Assembly: GCA_002104905.1 (NCBI GenBank)
Contig: MCFE01000420.1
Coordinates: 1-64,000, forward strand
From: Basidiobolus meristosporus CBS 931.73
Taxonomy: Eukaryota > Fungi > Basidiobolomycota
DNA length: 64,000 nt
Direction: 5' to 3'
The notes under the pieces are model-generated. The model was not told the DNA's origin. It saw only the letters and a list, made by a program, of their open reading frames with translations, and searched no databases. A program made the position numbers and the translations under genes. How positions within the stretch are numbered: position 1 is the stretch's first letter; each line of letters begins with the position of its first letter. Below are positions 25,519 to 37,885 of this stretch, in pieces.

Positions 25519-26195
25519 TGTTGTATCCAAGAGAAAAGTGTAATATAATGCTTGAATGAGTTAACTGAACCTAAGTGACAACTAAGTGCACAATCTTAGA
25601 ATTGTCATGAGTGGCAGAAATATTAGCAGAGAGGTTCTGGTCTAATATTGGTCTTATATTTAGCTGAGTTGGGCTATAAAGGCAACAGATTAGGTTTGCT
25701 GTGTAGGCTAGGCTTGGTGTTCTTGAGAGTGCTAGATATGCTAAGCTTGGGTAGAAACTAGAATGGATTTGTTGAATTCTTAATTTTGTTGTGACATGCA
25801 CTAAACCAAAAGGTTCAGTAAACTTTATGTATACTTTTCTGATTGAGTTGCATTAGTAATTGCCAAGAGACTGGACTAATTAAAATCTGTTGGGGTGTTG
25901 ATAGGTGCATAAGATAGATGAGAAATTGCATCATTAATCAGCTGATGTCTTGGCAACTGCTAAGTGGTTGGATAAATTTCAGTTGACTTATCACTTGGAA
26001 AGGCTTAGCAGATCAGTTGGGCATGTCATGACCACATGAAAATTGATCCAGTGTGACAGCTAAAAATAAATTCTGAGAAGTAATAAAATAAACCATAACT
26101 AGGATTAGTTATGTTTGGGTTAGGGAAAATTAGTTAGGCTACTAGACTTTCCAATGGAGTGAAATTGGCCAAGTTTTAAATGTTGATGTACAACA
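25519..26195 (-). repeat. 5' LTR of chromovirus B
   Basis: TGTTGTATCC...GTACAACA; aligns end to end with 18509-19180. Confidence 0.92.
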
Positions 26196-29169
26196 GTCTG
26201 TGTCCCCATCCCTATCATTTATATACCATACATGGTATATCTATGTTACACAGGCTTCAGACTACTGCTCCCTGATTGGTTGGATGTGCTGTGCCTTTAA
26301 GAGCCTTCCAGAACATTCTTGGCATATTTTTAGCTCATAGTGATGTCATCAAGAATTTCTCTGATGCCTGGAGTCTTCTAGAACCTTGTCATCAGTAATT
26401 AATTGGCAATCAGCAACAGTATTTAAGGGAAGGCAATCCCTCATCAATAAATCATCCCTTCTATCAGTAACACTTCTCCCTTATTGATTAGCAGTTGAAC
26501 ACTGCACCTGCCTTCAATTGTTACATCTCAGACCTGCCATCAAGGAGCTTTTCAGGGTGGTGCACAAGACACACAGAGGCTGTTGGGGACACTTAGAGCA
26601 CCTAAGAAGCTAAAGAAGCAGGAGCTTTTACCATAGTGACATATTGACAAACACCAGCAGTTTAGATCCAGAGGTTATTGCACCCATCAGACACCTCATA
26701 CACCTTGAGTTGTGTAGCTTCTCCCAGGAGTACCTCTACACCACCATGCTATCCTGATAGCAGTCTGTGTTAAAATTTGCATGACATTCACATCAGAAAA
26801 TGCCACCATTGCAAGCTGTCCAACTTGTCAGGAATCCACCACTATTGGGGGAAAACATTGTTCACACTCTGGATATATTCCAGTAATACCCTGTCTGAAG
26901 AAGCTCATGCAGTCTGGAAATACTGTGAAGCTATAAAGTACTGCACTTAATATCAATCAAGTGCAAACATATCCATTATATTCAAAGGCAAACTTTTCAA
27001 ACAGCTAAGAAGCAAGGGCTACTTTGAAGGTATGTATGACCATGCCTTTGCCTTGGCACTTGATGGATTCTCATAAAACAAGAATGCTACCAGCCAATCC
27101 TGCTTGCCACTGATTCTTTTCAACTTGAATCAGCCACCTATCTTGTGGTATCAAAGCCAAAATCTGATGGTAGTCTTGCTGGTATTTGGGCCTAAATCAC
27201 TGTCCAACATGGATAGCTACATGTATCCATTGCTGGATAATTTTGTATGCTTTCAAGTGGGATAACAGTAAATGACTGTCATGTCAAAGTTCATATTATC
27301 ATCTGCATTGGAGACATCCCAGCCATCAGCAAGATAGTTGTCTTTTCAGGGCACAATGAATGGTATTGCTGTCAAATATGTGAGATCCTGGGTACTTATT
27401 CCATAACTAACACTCATTATTGTCATCCAAATACCAACACTGAGAATGTCATCTTCCCATAGAGAGAACATAGAGAAGTCTGCATGCAATTGCAGCACAG
27501 TTGGCAAGCTATAAGCCATTGGCTGCAATATGGAGTTAATTAGAAACCAGAGATACCTAAGGTAGAGGGTATCTGCTGGTGCAAAAGCTTTCCACTGGGA
27601 GCAAAGCATTTGCATTTCAACAATATCCCTATACTGATGACCAAGTTGTACATGGTGCATTTCAAGCCAAATGAGCCCTTTGAGATACCAGAGAAATTTG
27701 AATGAATAGGCAAGATATTACACAGTATCTACTACACAAAGTATCTCTCATCGACTTCAATCAACATTCATATGCATATGCAACAATACAAGTGTAAGGA
27801 CTGGATAAACTAGATATGTATTTATTCAAGTGGCCTTCTGAATCTATTTCTACCAATAGTACATTGAAAGCATTGGGAGTCATATGTAGACATTGTAGGA
27901 ATATTTATCCAGAAGCAGATCACCAATGCCAACTTGATGCATCTACAGCTTTTGTGCAAGGAGTTTGTGACAGGATTTGAGCGGCTATACTACAAACATA
28001 AAGCTGAATGTGTAGATCTCTGCTGCTACTGTATCCATTTGCTACTCCATCTTGCTTAGTGTGTTGAGAATATTGGACTATGCTTCACCTTTGGGGAGTT
28101 TCCTGTGGAGCAGATGTGTGGGAGATAGGAAGACAAGTCAAGTTGCAGGTACTACCATATCCCAATCTCATCAAGAATATTACCTTGAAGTCTGTTATTG
28201 ATGTGATGAGTTGGCACAAGGAGAACAGCCAGGAAAAGGTGGAAAATACTTAGAACAGATGTGCATATGAAGACACCCATTCCTACAGCATTAAGAAGCT
28301 AAGCAGCTCCAATATGTGGCTAATCAGTTAAGTAATGCAAAGTTGGGTTGGGTGCAACAAGCAACTAATTCTTATTAGGAAAACTCTACCAAGATATGCC
28401 AGATTTCTCTTGGTCACAAGCCAATTTCCACACCATTCAATTCCAAATTCACACAAGCAAGAGCCAGAGTGCACCTATAAGGGGGACTAGAATCTGGCAG
28501 GGAGAAGGAGTATATTGGCTAAATACCAAAAAGTTCTTTGTGGATATTCAGGAGGTATTCATGGCAGAAGTGGTGGCAACCAAGCATATGCTTGCAAGAT
28601 GTATATGTTACTAGCAGTACAAGGTATATGGCAACTTTGCACGTATCACACTAAAAAGCTGTAAAGTTGAGGTGATAGAAGTGTCAATTGCTGCAGGTGT
28701 GCACATTTGCAGAGGTTAGTAAGCAGGAAGCCATAGTACTTTTTGATTCAGACTATGTGTGGAATATCCAAGGTAGTAGTGGGTAAGCAAATAAAGAGGG
28801 GTGATTCTACAGTGGAATATATGAATTGCACATGGGAGGTAGAAAAAGGAAACACCATTTGGTAAATTGGTACAGTAGCATTGTACAGAACTAGCTGTAG
28901 GCTGCCATACTGCCATAATAATGCCATGAGAGGCTTGCAATGAGGCCATCAAAACACCATCAAATTTTTTGCCATAAAAGGCAATTAGATGTACTGGCTG
29001 GTTAGATCTGCTCAAATAGTTGTAGAGTGCACTAAGACCACAACAATGCCATGCCACCCTTGACAAAATACCATACAAACACTGTTATGTTTTTCAACTT
29101 TATTTAGCAGTTAAATTAGCCAAACACTGTTGTGATCCTGTCATAAGATTGTGTAGATGGCCATTAATT

Positions 29170-29640
29170 CCAAGCTGCCAGTGTTGTTACAGTCTCCTGA
29201 TGGGATCATAACAGCTGATCCAGATTGGATCCACCTGTGGGACCAAATTATTTTTCATAGGGGATATGGAATAATTTGAAAGTGACCCAAGGTTCCTCAG
29301 ACCTGGAACACATGCCTTTGGCAATTTACTTAGCATACATTATGTGCTTTCCTTTACAAGATTATGTAAAAGTATAAATACCACCTTTACATTCCATAAA
29401 TTGTTGGGTGAAAGCAACATAATCTGCTTGTTCATCACTCTCAGTATCTCCAAGAATCTTACAGCAGTCACTGCCATGTGCAAGGCAGCATATGGAATAT
29501 GAGATATGTTTTAAAGGTCCAGGTCTTGATTGGCAGTCAGGAAGAAGCAGCACTTGACAATTCCTTAAAAATCCATTGCAACCAATGATGAGCAAATGGA
29601 GATAATATCCCCACAATATGGTTGGTATTTAAACTTCTGA
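29170..29640 (-). mobile_element. Unclassified degenerate repeat (GIYTFT family)
   Basis: Reverse complement GAACAAGCAGATTATGTTGCTTTCAC...GAATGTAAAGGTGGTATTTATACTTTTACA matches 58020-58090 and 57265-57295. Confidence 0.55.
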
Positions 29641-29699
29641 TCTAGCCATTAGCACTCCTACATATTAGGAGCAACACCGAAGCGATGGTTGTAAGATAG

Positions 29700-32600
29700 G
29701 TGGAGTCCCAGGAGGAGGTTCTGTTGGAACGTGGAATCACTGCCACAAAAGTGGTCCACCTACATGGATGATTTCTGCCATAGGCACACAAATCGCAATG
29801 CCAGGTTTGGTCAGTGTGCGTGAACTGTTTAGAGCGCGGTATATTGAGAAATATAATGATCCCAGTTCACTCGGAAAATGGTCGCAATTTAAACCCTATC
29901 CATGGGCTACAGAAAGTCAGCGGTTGCAAGGGCAGTGGAATACTGCCAAAATCCCCAAGAGAAACCGCTAGTTTCGGTGTCGAACTCCAGGTACCAAGGC
30001 TTTGCACATGTAACAGGGGGATCGATCATCACATTATCCGACAATACTGAGGATGGTCTGAACAGATGGAATTCTTGGATCTCGTGACCAGCGGCAGTTG
30101 ATATAGGAAACTTGGAAGGGAAGGAGGCGATCACCATCACACTTTATGAGCACAACATTGAACGATATCGGCGTGACCGTGTACCGGTGACATTCAATGA
30201 CTCTGTGGATTCACACCCTTTCGATGGCAAACAGCGGCGGAGAAGCCGCAGCAACGGGCAGGAGTCGGATGAGGGGGTCTAGTGCCACGAAACGGGCGAT
30301 ATGGAATTGGAGAGTTGAGGTAACAGGGCACCTAATATTGGATTGTTTGTTGAATGGGAATATGGTGGAAAGCAAGTTTGCTTCCGGTTCACTCCCGTAG
30401 CATTCATGTGCAAGGTGCCTCATGACCAACCAACTGGGGCATCGGCGGGGGAATGGGCGGATTAACTTGTAGGTACCACACAACCCAATAGGATAAGATA
30501 TCGATGGTGTAACGGGGAACATAGAGGTATCAGAGCCGGAAGGATTTCATAGCGACTATCGGGAGTTGCTCAACCGGATGTTGGATTAGGGGGTGGAGCT
30601 CGGAGATGTATGGGATAAATGCAAGCAGCTGAATGTCTTGAGGAGACGTGTGAGAATTTACCAGTGTAAAGAGAGGTATCAAGTCATCGTACCTAAGATC
30701 AGGATACCCAACCATGACCCACTCATAAGTTTTCATCATCACTGGCACCATGATGGAGTATCCGTAGGGCGAATCCGGCAGTGCCAAAGGCTGTCCAGGG
30801 GTCTCCGAGGGGCTTGCCCCCAACAGGTTTGGGTGGGCTGAAGTGGCAGAGAAATATCAGTCGATGGTAATATATTACTTGTCCAGGTAAAGATCACGTT
30901 CCCATTTTTCGACACGCTAAGCCATGTCATGTATATTTCGATCTCCAGTGATAACTGCTAAAATACCGAGAACTGCATCGGCCGTTAGCGGGGGACCCTA
31001 GTTGAGGGCAACAAGCACTTGAAATCATCAGGCTGTAGCCAGGGGCACGCTCATAAAAGCAATAAAGGTGAATGCGGGGAAAGCCATCGGCCCCATGGTA
31101 GCCATATTACATTGGGCCCGTTGTGGTAGAGAGATGGAGAATGCCCATCAGAACAGTGATCGTCCTGGGGCGACTTTTGTGGAGCCCATGAGGCGAAAAA
31201 GGGGGCCAATGGATCTGCTTGCACTCGATAGAATTCAGTGTTCCCAGAAAGAACCGGCAGGAACAATCGGTGGATTTGAGGCCACATTGGTGACAACACT
31301 GGGAAGTAAGGGAATATCGAAAATTGGCTCCGAAGCCGATTGGGATTGGGGAGCCACAAACACCAATGGCGGTATGTATCATATATGCATCATTTAGGGC
31401 TGAGCCAATTATGCGCAACGCTTGGAGGCTCGTACGAGAGTAAAAGGCTAATTGGACCACCCCCTGCTGGGTTACGCCTTGGGCCCTTTCCATTTCCCAG
31501 GAACAACGCATGCGAATTCCCTGCCATCTTCGAAGTCAGTGGTGTAGGAAAACTCGGCCATGAACCATCCGCATCAGGGCTTGCATTCGTTTGGTGGTCA
31601 GACTACCCATGCAAGTGAAGCAAGCTACGCCGGATCCATGGATTGGGGCGCTGTAGATGCTTTGAGAAATTCGACCATTCGTAACAGAGTTAAAATTCAG
31701 GTAGCGTTGCTGCTCATCATGTGGCTGGGCGCGGCCGGGATGCCTCTTATTTTGGTTACCCACCAATATCCGACGATTCCGCACAATTACTGTTCCCATT
31801 GGGTGGTGATAATTTATAGGCAGCTCTCCAGTTACCACAATCCTACCAAACATGGAAATTTGATGCTCGGCCTACCTCATAATGCAGCTTTGTGAGCATA
31901 TTGTCACGGCCCATTAGCCCATTGGTCAGATGCCATGTTTTGGCCAATTGTCCTGAAGACGGGGGTGGCACCTCTTCCGTAATCTCCAAACCCTCATTGC
32001 CACTACTCCGGCACACCCTCACATCCTCATCTTAATTCATGGCTGCGGGCATGAGTCATGGGTGGCCCAGAAGAATCAGGAAGTATGCTTCAACCAAAAG
32101 CCAGGTTGGTTGAGGAGCAATGGTGCTCTCCTGATGGAAAGCATAGGTAGGACATATCGACCAGATTGGTTGGATTCAATTGATCAAATACAGTGCCTAG
32201 AGCATTGCCGCAGCTAGCATGAACACACTCTTGACTGCATCCACATGCACACGGGCACCATTATCATGGATGCATCCCAGAAGTGGGACCAATGTAAGAT
32301 GGCCGGTCCAGCGTATGGGCAAAAGTCAGAGCCCAATCCCCAGCGGGAACGAGGGGAGAATGTTGGGTAGCCAGACCGGATGACGGCTGCGAAGACATAC
32401 TGCTCATCGGGGAAAGCAAAGTGTTCGATCCAGACAGTTTCGCTGTGTTCGCGGGATTGAGTGCGGACCTATGAGATCATTGGACCCCACATCGGCCTTA
32501 GCGGGATTGATTATCCTGGAATGACTAGCGAAAACAGGGCGTTCTTGATGTAGCGCACTCCTGAAAATGGCCAGGCGTAACAGCGTTCAGAGATCAAATG

Positions 32601-33990
32601 AAAAACTTTGTCCCCATCCACAATTGAGTGGGTGTATCACCTAGACCCACTATCAATCTCCATCATGGGAGCTTAGTGGAACTTCAACAGGCACTACGAA
32701 GTTCGGAGCAGACGGAAACAGAGAACGCTGTCTCCTCAACATAGTACCCGCTGTGCCCTGAAAATTCCGCGTAAGCGGGCTACGAGGATATAGGTCATGC
32801 GCTCACATCCCTGCCGAATCACCTTCCAGATCCCAGCCCACGGTAACACCGAACAGATCAATTGATACGATAATCATACTCAAGATAACCTTTGTGTCTA
32901 TCGATTGGGCAACTGCGTGCGCAGAATACCAGTATTTCAGAGAGATTCCTAAGCCCCCAACTTGACGCGGGAGTATGATACCAAGCTGAATAACGCATCT
33001 CGAATGGGGCGTGACTGAGAATTCATGTCTAGGATGATTGGGAATGGCTATGAATCCGTCCCTCCTCCACCTGGGACACACGCGAACTCACTAATGAAAC
33101 CGCCACATGCAGTCGTAGCCGTGACAAGCGATTGGTATGCATCAGGCTAGTGGCCATGGGTTGGGCTCCATACTCTCCTGAATGCTATCTGGTTGGAAAC
33201 AGGCAGGCTAAATAAGGCACTGGATTTTGATTTTTGCCTGTATTTGGGGGAGGATTTGAGTGATCAGTTTATACAAACTCGGCCAGCACATAAATTCAGG
33301 TTTCTCAACGTGTTGCGGTGACCCGCACAAATGACTAATGGGGTTGGCATTAGCACCGTGTGTATGATGACCCTGTCTCTTTTCAATCACGGTGGCTCAG
33401 GTAAACTAAGGATCTTCTTGAAATCCCAACTGTCCAACGGCCTTGGTGATCCCTCCAACGTTTGGCCCTGCCCTCTAGGGTGCATGTATCCCGCGGATCA
33501 GATCCTGGCTGGCCAATGAAGAGGGATGCGTCGGATCCGATATCCGGTCGCGAATGACCACCACCCATGCCACATTTAGCTCGATGTTTAAGCCAACTAA
33601 GCAGTGGTAGGAGTCGACTGCACTATGGTTGGCAGGTTGGAAGGACTCATTAGTTCGTGCATGGAAATGAAGTGCACTGATGGTTGCGATATCCGAATGC
33701 GCCTGCCCATTTTCGGCACGTGGTGGTGTTCTGAAACGATGCTGCCTCTAATTTTTAGTGCGTTTCCTTCTACGCTGAGCCAATGGGACGGCCGAAAATC
33801 CCTTTGGATGCTATTAGGGTGAATCCCATGGCAATCTGGCCAGCTTTGTTGGATCAGGTTTGATTGCAAGCTGACTCGGCTAATTCCATCGTAAACGGTA
33901 GCGACAATCTTCACCCTCTGACCCTCTCTATATGGTCTAACATGCTGGATTATCCTGTGCGCTATTGAGAGACCCATCTGTCGTACTGTC
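29700..33990 (-). mobile_element. Highly degenerate non-LTR retrotransposon (L1/Tx1-like LINE relic)
   Basis: Minus-strand fragments in the expected order: RT-like DIGSDASLF, PISHLCGSP...W.SLYKLI, the thumb-region motif IILPRQVGGLGI, then a Cys-rich CCHQC...C...W segment. No intact ORF. Confidence 0.6.
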
Positions 33991-34412
33991 TATTTGAATC
34001 AATCTATTGATGCGGTCCTGTTGCCAACCAAATATCCCACTCTTCATTACTCTGCGTTCAGCTCCCCTGTGTCTTGCTTCGAGCTCACCTTGTATCACCC
34101 CGACCAATCAGCGCCAGCCCTTATCCCAAAGCGTATATATTATACGTGGTGGGCGCCCTCCCTTCCATACTTGTCCGGAATCATCAGTCAATTCTCTTAT
34201 ATTGTTTTAACGAGAACCAAGTCTCCAGTTAATTGGTACGCTTCTTTTTGTTATCATAGACTGGGAACTATTTTAGGCTGACTGCTTGATAGCCGCTTTC
34301 TCTTCCATAGCGAACCTACCCTCTGTTCAACCTCTCAACCCTCCTTCAACTTTTGGAGCCTTCGCATCTGCACCCTGCACCCTACACCTCACCCCCAAGA
34401 ACAACGCTCTTC

Positions 34413-35493
34413 ATGCCAGAGATCACCTACATAGTCATCATCGATACAAGCCCTTCGAAAAATATTTTATGGATCTCCGGAAGTGTCACTGATGTGCTCG
34501 GCTATGAAGCTGAGGAGCTTGTCGGAATCTCGGCATACGATAACTTTCACCCAACGGAGAGCAATGCGCTCGGCCTTGTGTTCGAAAATACCCTTATGAC
34601 TGACCCCACTTGCTATGTAACACGTCTACGACTAAGACACAAAAACGACACCTATGTGGAGGTGGAAATCCTCGGAAGTGTCTGTTATGATATGATCATT
34701 GGCATTGTTACTCCCCTCAACAGAAGAAGCCTCAGCTACAAAGGTAAGACCAAACGATCCAGCCACGTTGCTCGTCACGCACCACCTGTAGTAACCCCAA
34801 TGCCCCTCCAGCTCGGCACGCAACGGCAGAACAAGTCTATGATATACACCCAGACGGCAAGATGTATCGAAGGGTTAGTGCTTGTCATGCTATCGTGTCT
34901 GGTCGCTCGCTAATCATAGCTGATCCTCCTTTCTGGTATAGATATGGAACGCAGAACAACGTAAACTCATCGAGCTGATGAGCCGCCGGTACCTTAGCGG
35001 CGAAGCACTCAATCCCATAGAGCCCCTTGAGCCTCGGGTCTGCATGATGATCGACCGGTTCACCATCGACTCGAAGATTCAGTTCACCTCGCCGCTGACC
35101 CAATTTTTGCTGGGCATCTCGGTCGATGAGGTGATCAATCGTAGCTTCTTCAGTCTAGTCAAGCACCCCGATCAAAGCCGAGTTCAGCAGGAGATCTCGT
35201 TTGTGAAATCCACCAACTCCGTGACGTACATCAAGTTTGCTTTCTGTAGCCAAGTGTTTAATCATTTGGTGGTGGAGGGGGTGGTGTCCTGCGCAAGCGA
35301 TGGATTGGTCGTCGTTTTACGGCCATACATCCCCCATGAGTACCAAAGCATGAACACCCATGTGCTTGGGGAGGAGAACGTCGAGAGCGAGACGGAGCTT
35401 GATTACGAAGACGAGGAAAAAAGTCAAGCGGTAAGAACGGTGGCGGAAATGGGGATCTACGTCTGGCCCGACCAGTTGAAGAGAGCTGTTTAG
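34413..35493 (+). CDS. Tandem PAS-domain protein (3 exons: 34413-34743, 34812-34873, 34942-35493)
   Basis: PAS motif SVTDVLGYEAEELVGISAYDNFHPTE and a second PAS-like repeat (EPRVCMMIDRFT...SFFSLVKHPD). Two 68-bp GT-AG introns join the exons in frame (SYK|ARHATAEQVYDIHPDGKMYRR|IWNAEQ). Confidence 0.85.
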
Positions 35494-36344
35494 TCGTGCG
35501 TTGGGATTCTACCGAGAACCATAGCATATATGTAATTAATTTTGTGGAAAGCAACCTTCTAATCAGCGGAATTCTCTCGGAACACGGCGCCTCTTGGTTG
35601 GATATACAACATGATGCTTGCTATATCCGAACCTTTTGCATCCCCTTTAAATAATCGATTCTATGTAAATTTTCCACCCGTCATCATAATATGTGTACAT
35701 GTATCTTCTTCTCTACTCCGACTCCTCCCCCTTCTCCTTCGAACTTCTGCATTCCATCCGAGTGCGCCTTAGCGTCATTGTAGCACTCTATTGCATTGCT
35801 TATAACAACTACTCCCTACCTATTTCTGCTAGAGAGCATCTATCATCGCTTGCGCTACCACATCTTCGCTAATTTGATTGTTCAGTTATACGCCAAATGA
35901 AGGTGCATCTATACTACACAATATCCTGCGCAAGGCTTGAATCGTCTACAATAAACCAACGTATCTATAGGTTGCAATCTATATGTGACAAGTGAGGCCT
36001 ATCCAGCCAAATGGCAAAAAATTCCTCTAATCTCGGCTGGCTGAATCAGTAACGTCAGCGTTTTATTGGCGAAGAGAACAGCGATTTGCGGGGAACTCTA
36101 TGGCTATGGGTGCAGCGTGGGTTTCTACACGTACTGTAGCTTAGACATATTTCAGCAGATTTACAATGGGGTAGATTCTCCGGGGAATTAGGTGTTTACA
36201 AGCAACGGGCTATATCGGAGGGCACATCAACAACCTTGTCTTGTGCTACTCCTAGTGAATATTCGGTGCCATTAGCCTGGCACCCAGGAGGTAGTTTGAA
36301 AATAAACTGTGAATGGCGATCGTGCACTGGTGAAGAGCCGATAT

Positions 36345-37885
36345 CTAGCTAAATCGTTGACTGGCCCACTCTTTCAATGTTTCGTCGTCTATATACTCGT
36401 AGCGCCAGATATACGAATCCTCGCCAGCGCACAGGATATTTCTATTAAAGTTGAAGTGGATGGGTTGGTGTGTAAGGGGCTACGCTGTGTAACAAGAAAT
36501 ACCTGCAGTCCCTAGAAAATGCGCAACACCTGACTGCCTTGGTAGAGCGTTTGTGGCGTAATTCAGTGACCAACTTACCAGTTTCTAGATTGTATACATA
36601 TGCTGCGCCGACACTATTTCCAACGCAGAAAAATCTATTGTCCATACTACGAGCTTTGTTATGGTTTGATGGGGTTACTAATAGGTGAGGTTCAAGACCG
36701 ACCTGACATCGAACCGGCATCGATTGTATGCACTATTGCGTATATGGAATGTATGAAGGATCTGGAAATTGGGGAATTAGTTGCATGAGCCATCCACAAT
36801 ACGCACTAACTCAGGGAGTAGTCAACCTGGAGGGTAATGGGGTTCCATAGTTCTACTTTCCCGTCTATGAATTTTGAAAGAACATGGCTCCCAACATATC
36901 TCATACAATCTAGTTTTTTATGTAAGTTATCAATCCACAAAAATTATGGAACCTTCCAATACCGATGTACTTGGCGCATGTTCTTCTTACAGAATAGTTT
37001 AGACTTGCCTTGGGACACAATTGCAGTTGGGACCTTGTCATGATAGGCAATGGCCATTCATAGACCTCTCCTGCGTAACTACCGCTCAAAAAGGTCGATC
37101 CACTTGGGTTAAAACACTATGTAGCATTGTAAGCATTTGTGTTATAGATATTGGTGTGAGATGTAGCACAACACCATAGCTGAGGCCTTCACTGGATACT
37201 TCTGTAAACAGGTCCCGCTCTGTACGTCCCACAAACGTACTGTCCCGTCTTTTGAGGCTGAAAGGATATATTGGTTATCCTCAGGTGAGACATCTAAATG
37301 GGTAACAGCACCTGGGACAGTATGATTGTAGTTAGCAAAGCGAGGCTTTGAAGGATACTGGAGTATATTATCAACCACTATGTCCTACTAGCTTTCGAAG
37401 CTCTTTTGAGCATGCGACACTCAATATATGGATGCAAGCGTCCTGACCAGCAACTGCCAGTATGGTGTCATCTTCAATACTCAACCAACAACAAGTGAGA
37501 AGCTCCTATACAATTTTTTGCGTGAGTTTTTTCTGGCACACTGAAATATTAGCAGTAGATGAACACAAACTTGAGGGGTTGTGGATTTCACATTCGGCCC
37601 TTCACTCAAAGTAAAGTAGGACATTATGTCTAAGTGGTCTCCACAATGTTCATTGTCATATATATTGGCTTGAGAGCCGCCTACAGTAGCTAATATGTTG
37701 CTGGTATCACTCTCGTCCCGTTCAGCCAAGCCACATTTGTCTAATGTTTTAGTGAGGTTCGCCCCTAAAGGCGTGAAGTGGAACATTATTTGGTTGATGT
37801 CTTGGCCATGGTTTTCTTTTACTATACGGCGCAATCTCAGGTTCTTGAATATATTTTCTTGTTGTTGCACTTCGGTCAAATCCAT
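36345..37885 (-). CDS. WD40-repeat protein of EED/ESC-LRWD1 type (multi-exon)
   Basis: ENHGQDINQIMF, LATVGGSQANIYD, ILSASKDGTVRLWD, FCVGNSVGAAYVYNL...HKRSTKAVRCCAFSRD; last exon NILCAGEDSYIWRYEY...QRFS*. Internal exon borders only partly resolved. Confidence 0.8.

Larger units (their letters stand above)
18509..26195 (-). mobile_element. Full-length degenerate Ty3/gypsy chromovirus (family B)
   Basis: Paired ~670 bp LTRs; 5-bp TSD ATCTG/GTCTG; gag with CLKCGKMGHRSPAC knuckle, protease (LLETGSSNSIVS), RT (VFVDDVIIFS), RNase H (MDASNVGLGAVL), integrase (HLHGHFG...CREC) and chromodomain (YEVEAIVDH...YLVKWKGY); PPT GGAAGGAAGTGA next to the 3' LTR. Confidence 0.92.
18254..26748 (+). repeat. Solo LTR (family A, diverged) in two halves, 18254-18508 and 26196-26748
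   Basis: Starts TGTGGTAGGG, ends CTACACCACCATG; shares AGTACCCGTGACACATGA, TTACACAGG, GATTGGTTGGATGTGCTGTGCC and CAGAGGTTATTGCACCCA with the inner A copies. Flanked by CCAT/CTAT; CACTA copy 1 has CTAT once at this site. Confidence 0.75.
17809..29160 (+). mobile_element. CACTA/EnSpm-type transposon relic, copy 2, split by an 8.5 kb LTR nest
   Basis: N-terminal part 17809-18253 matches 15075-15320. It resumes at 26749 (VKICMTFTSENATIASCPTCQE, GYIPVIPCLKKLMQS, DHAFALALDGF, GDIPAISKIVVFSGHNEWYCCQICE) and runs collinear with copy 1 to the shared CATAAGATTGTGTAGATGG at ~29160. Confidence 0.8.

Noticed and set aside
1-29670. Classical Neurospora-type RIP as the cause of TE decay
   Set aside because: The dominant visible signal is CpG loss while CpA/TpG remain abundant; some CAA/CAG-to-stop changes exist, but I cannot show a CpA-to-TpA bias without counting.
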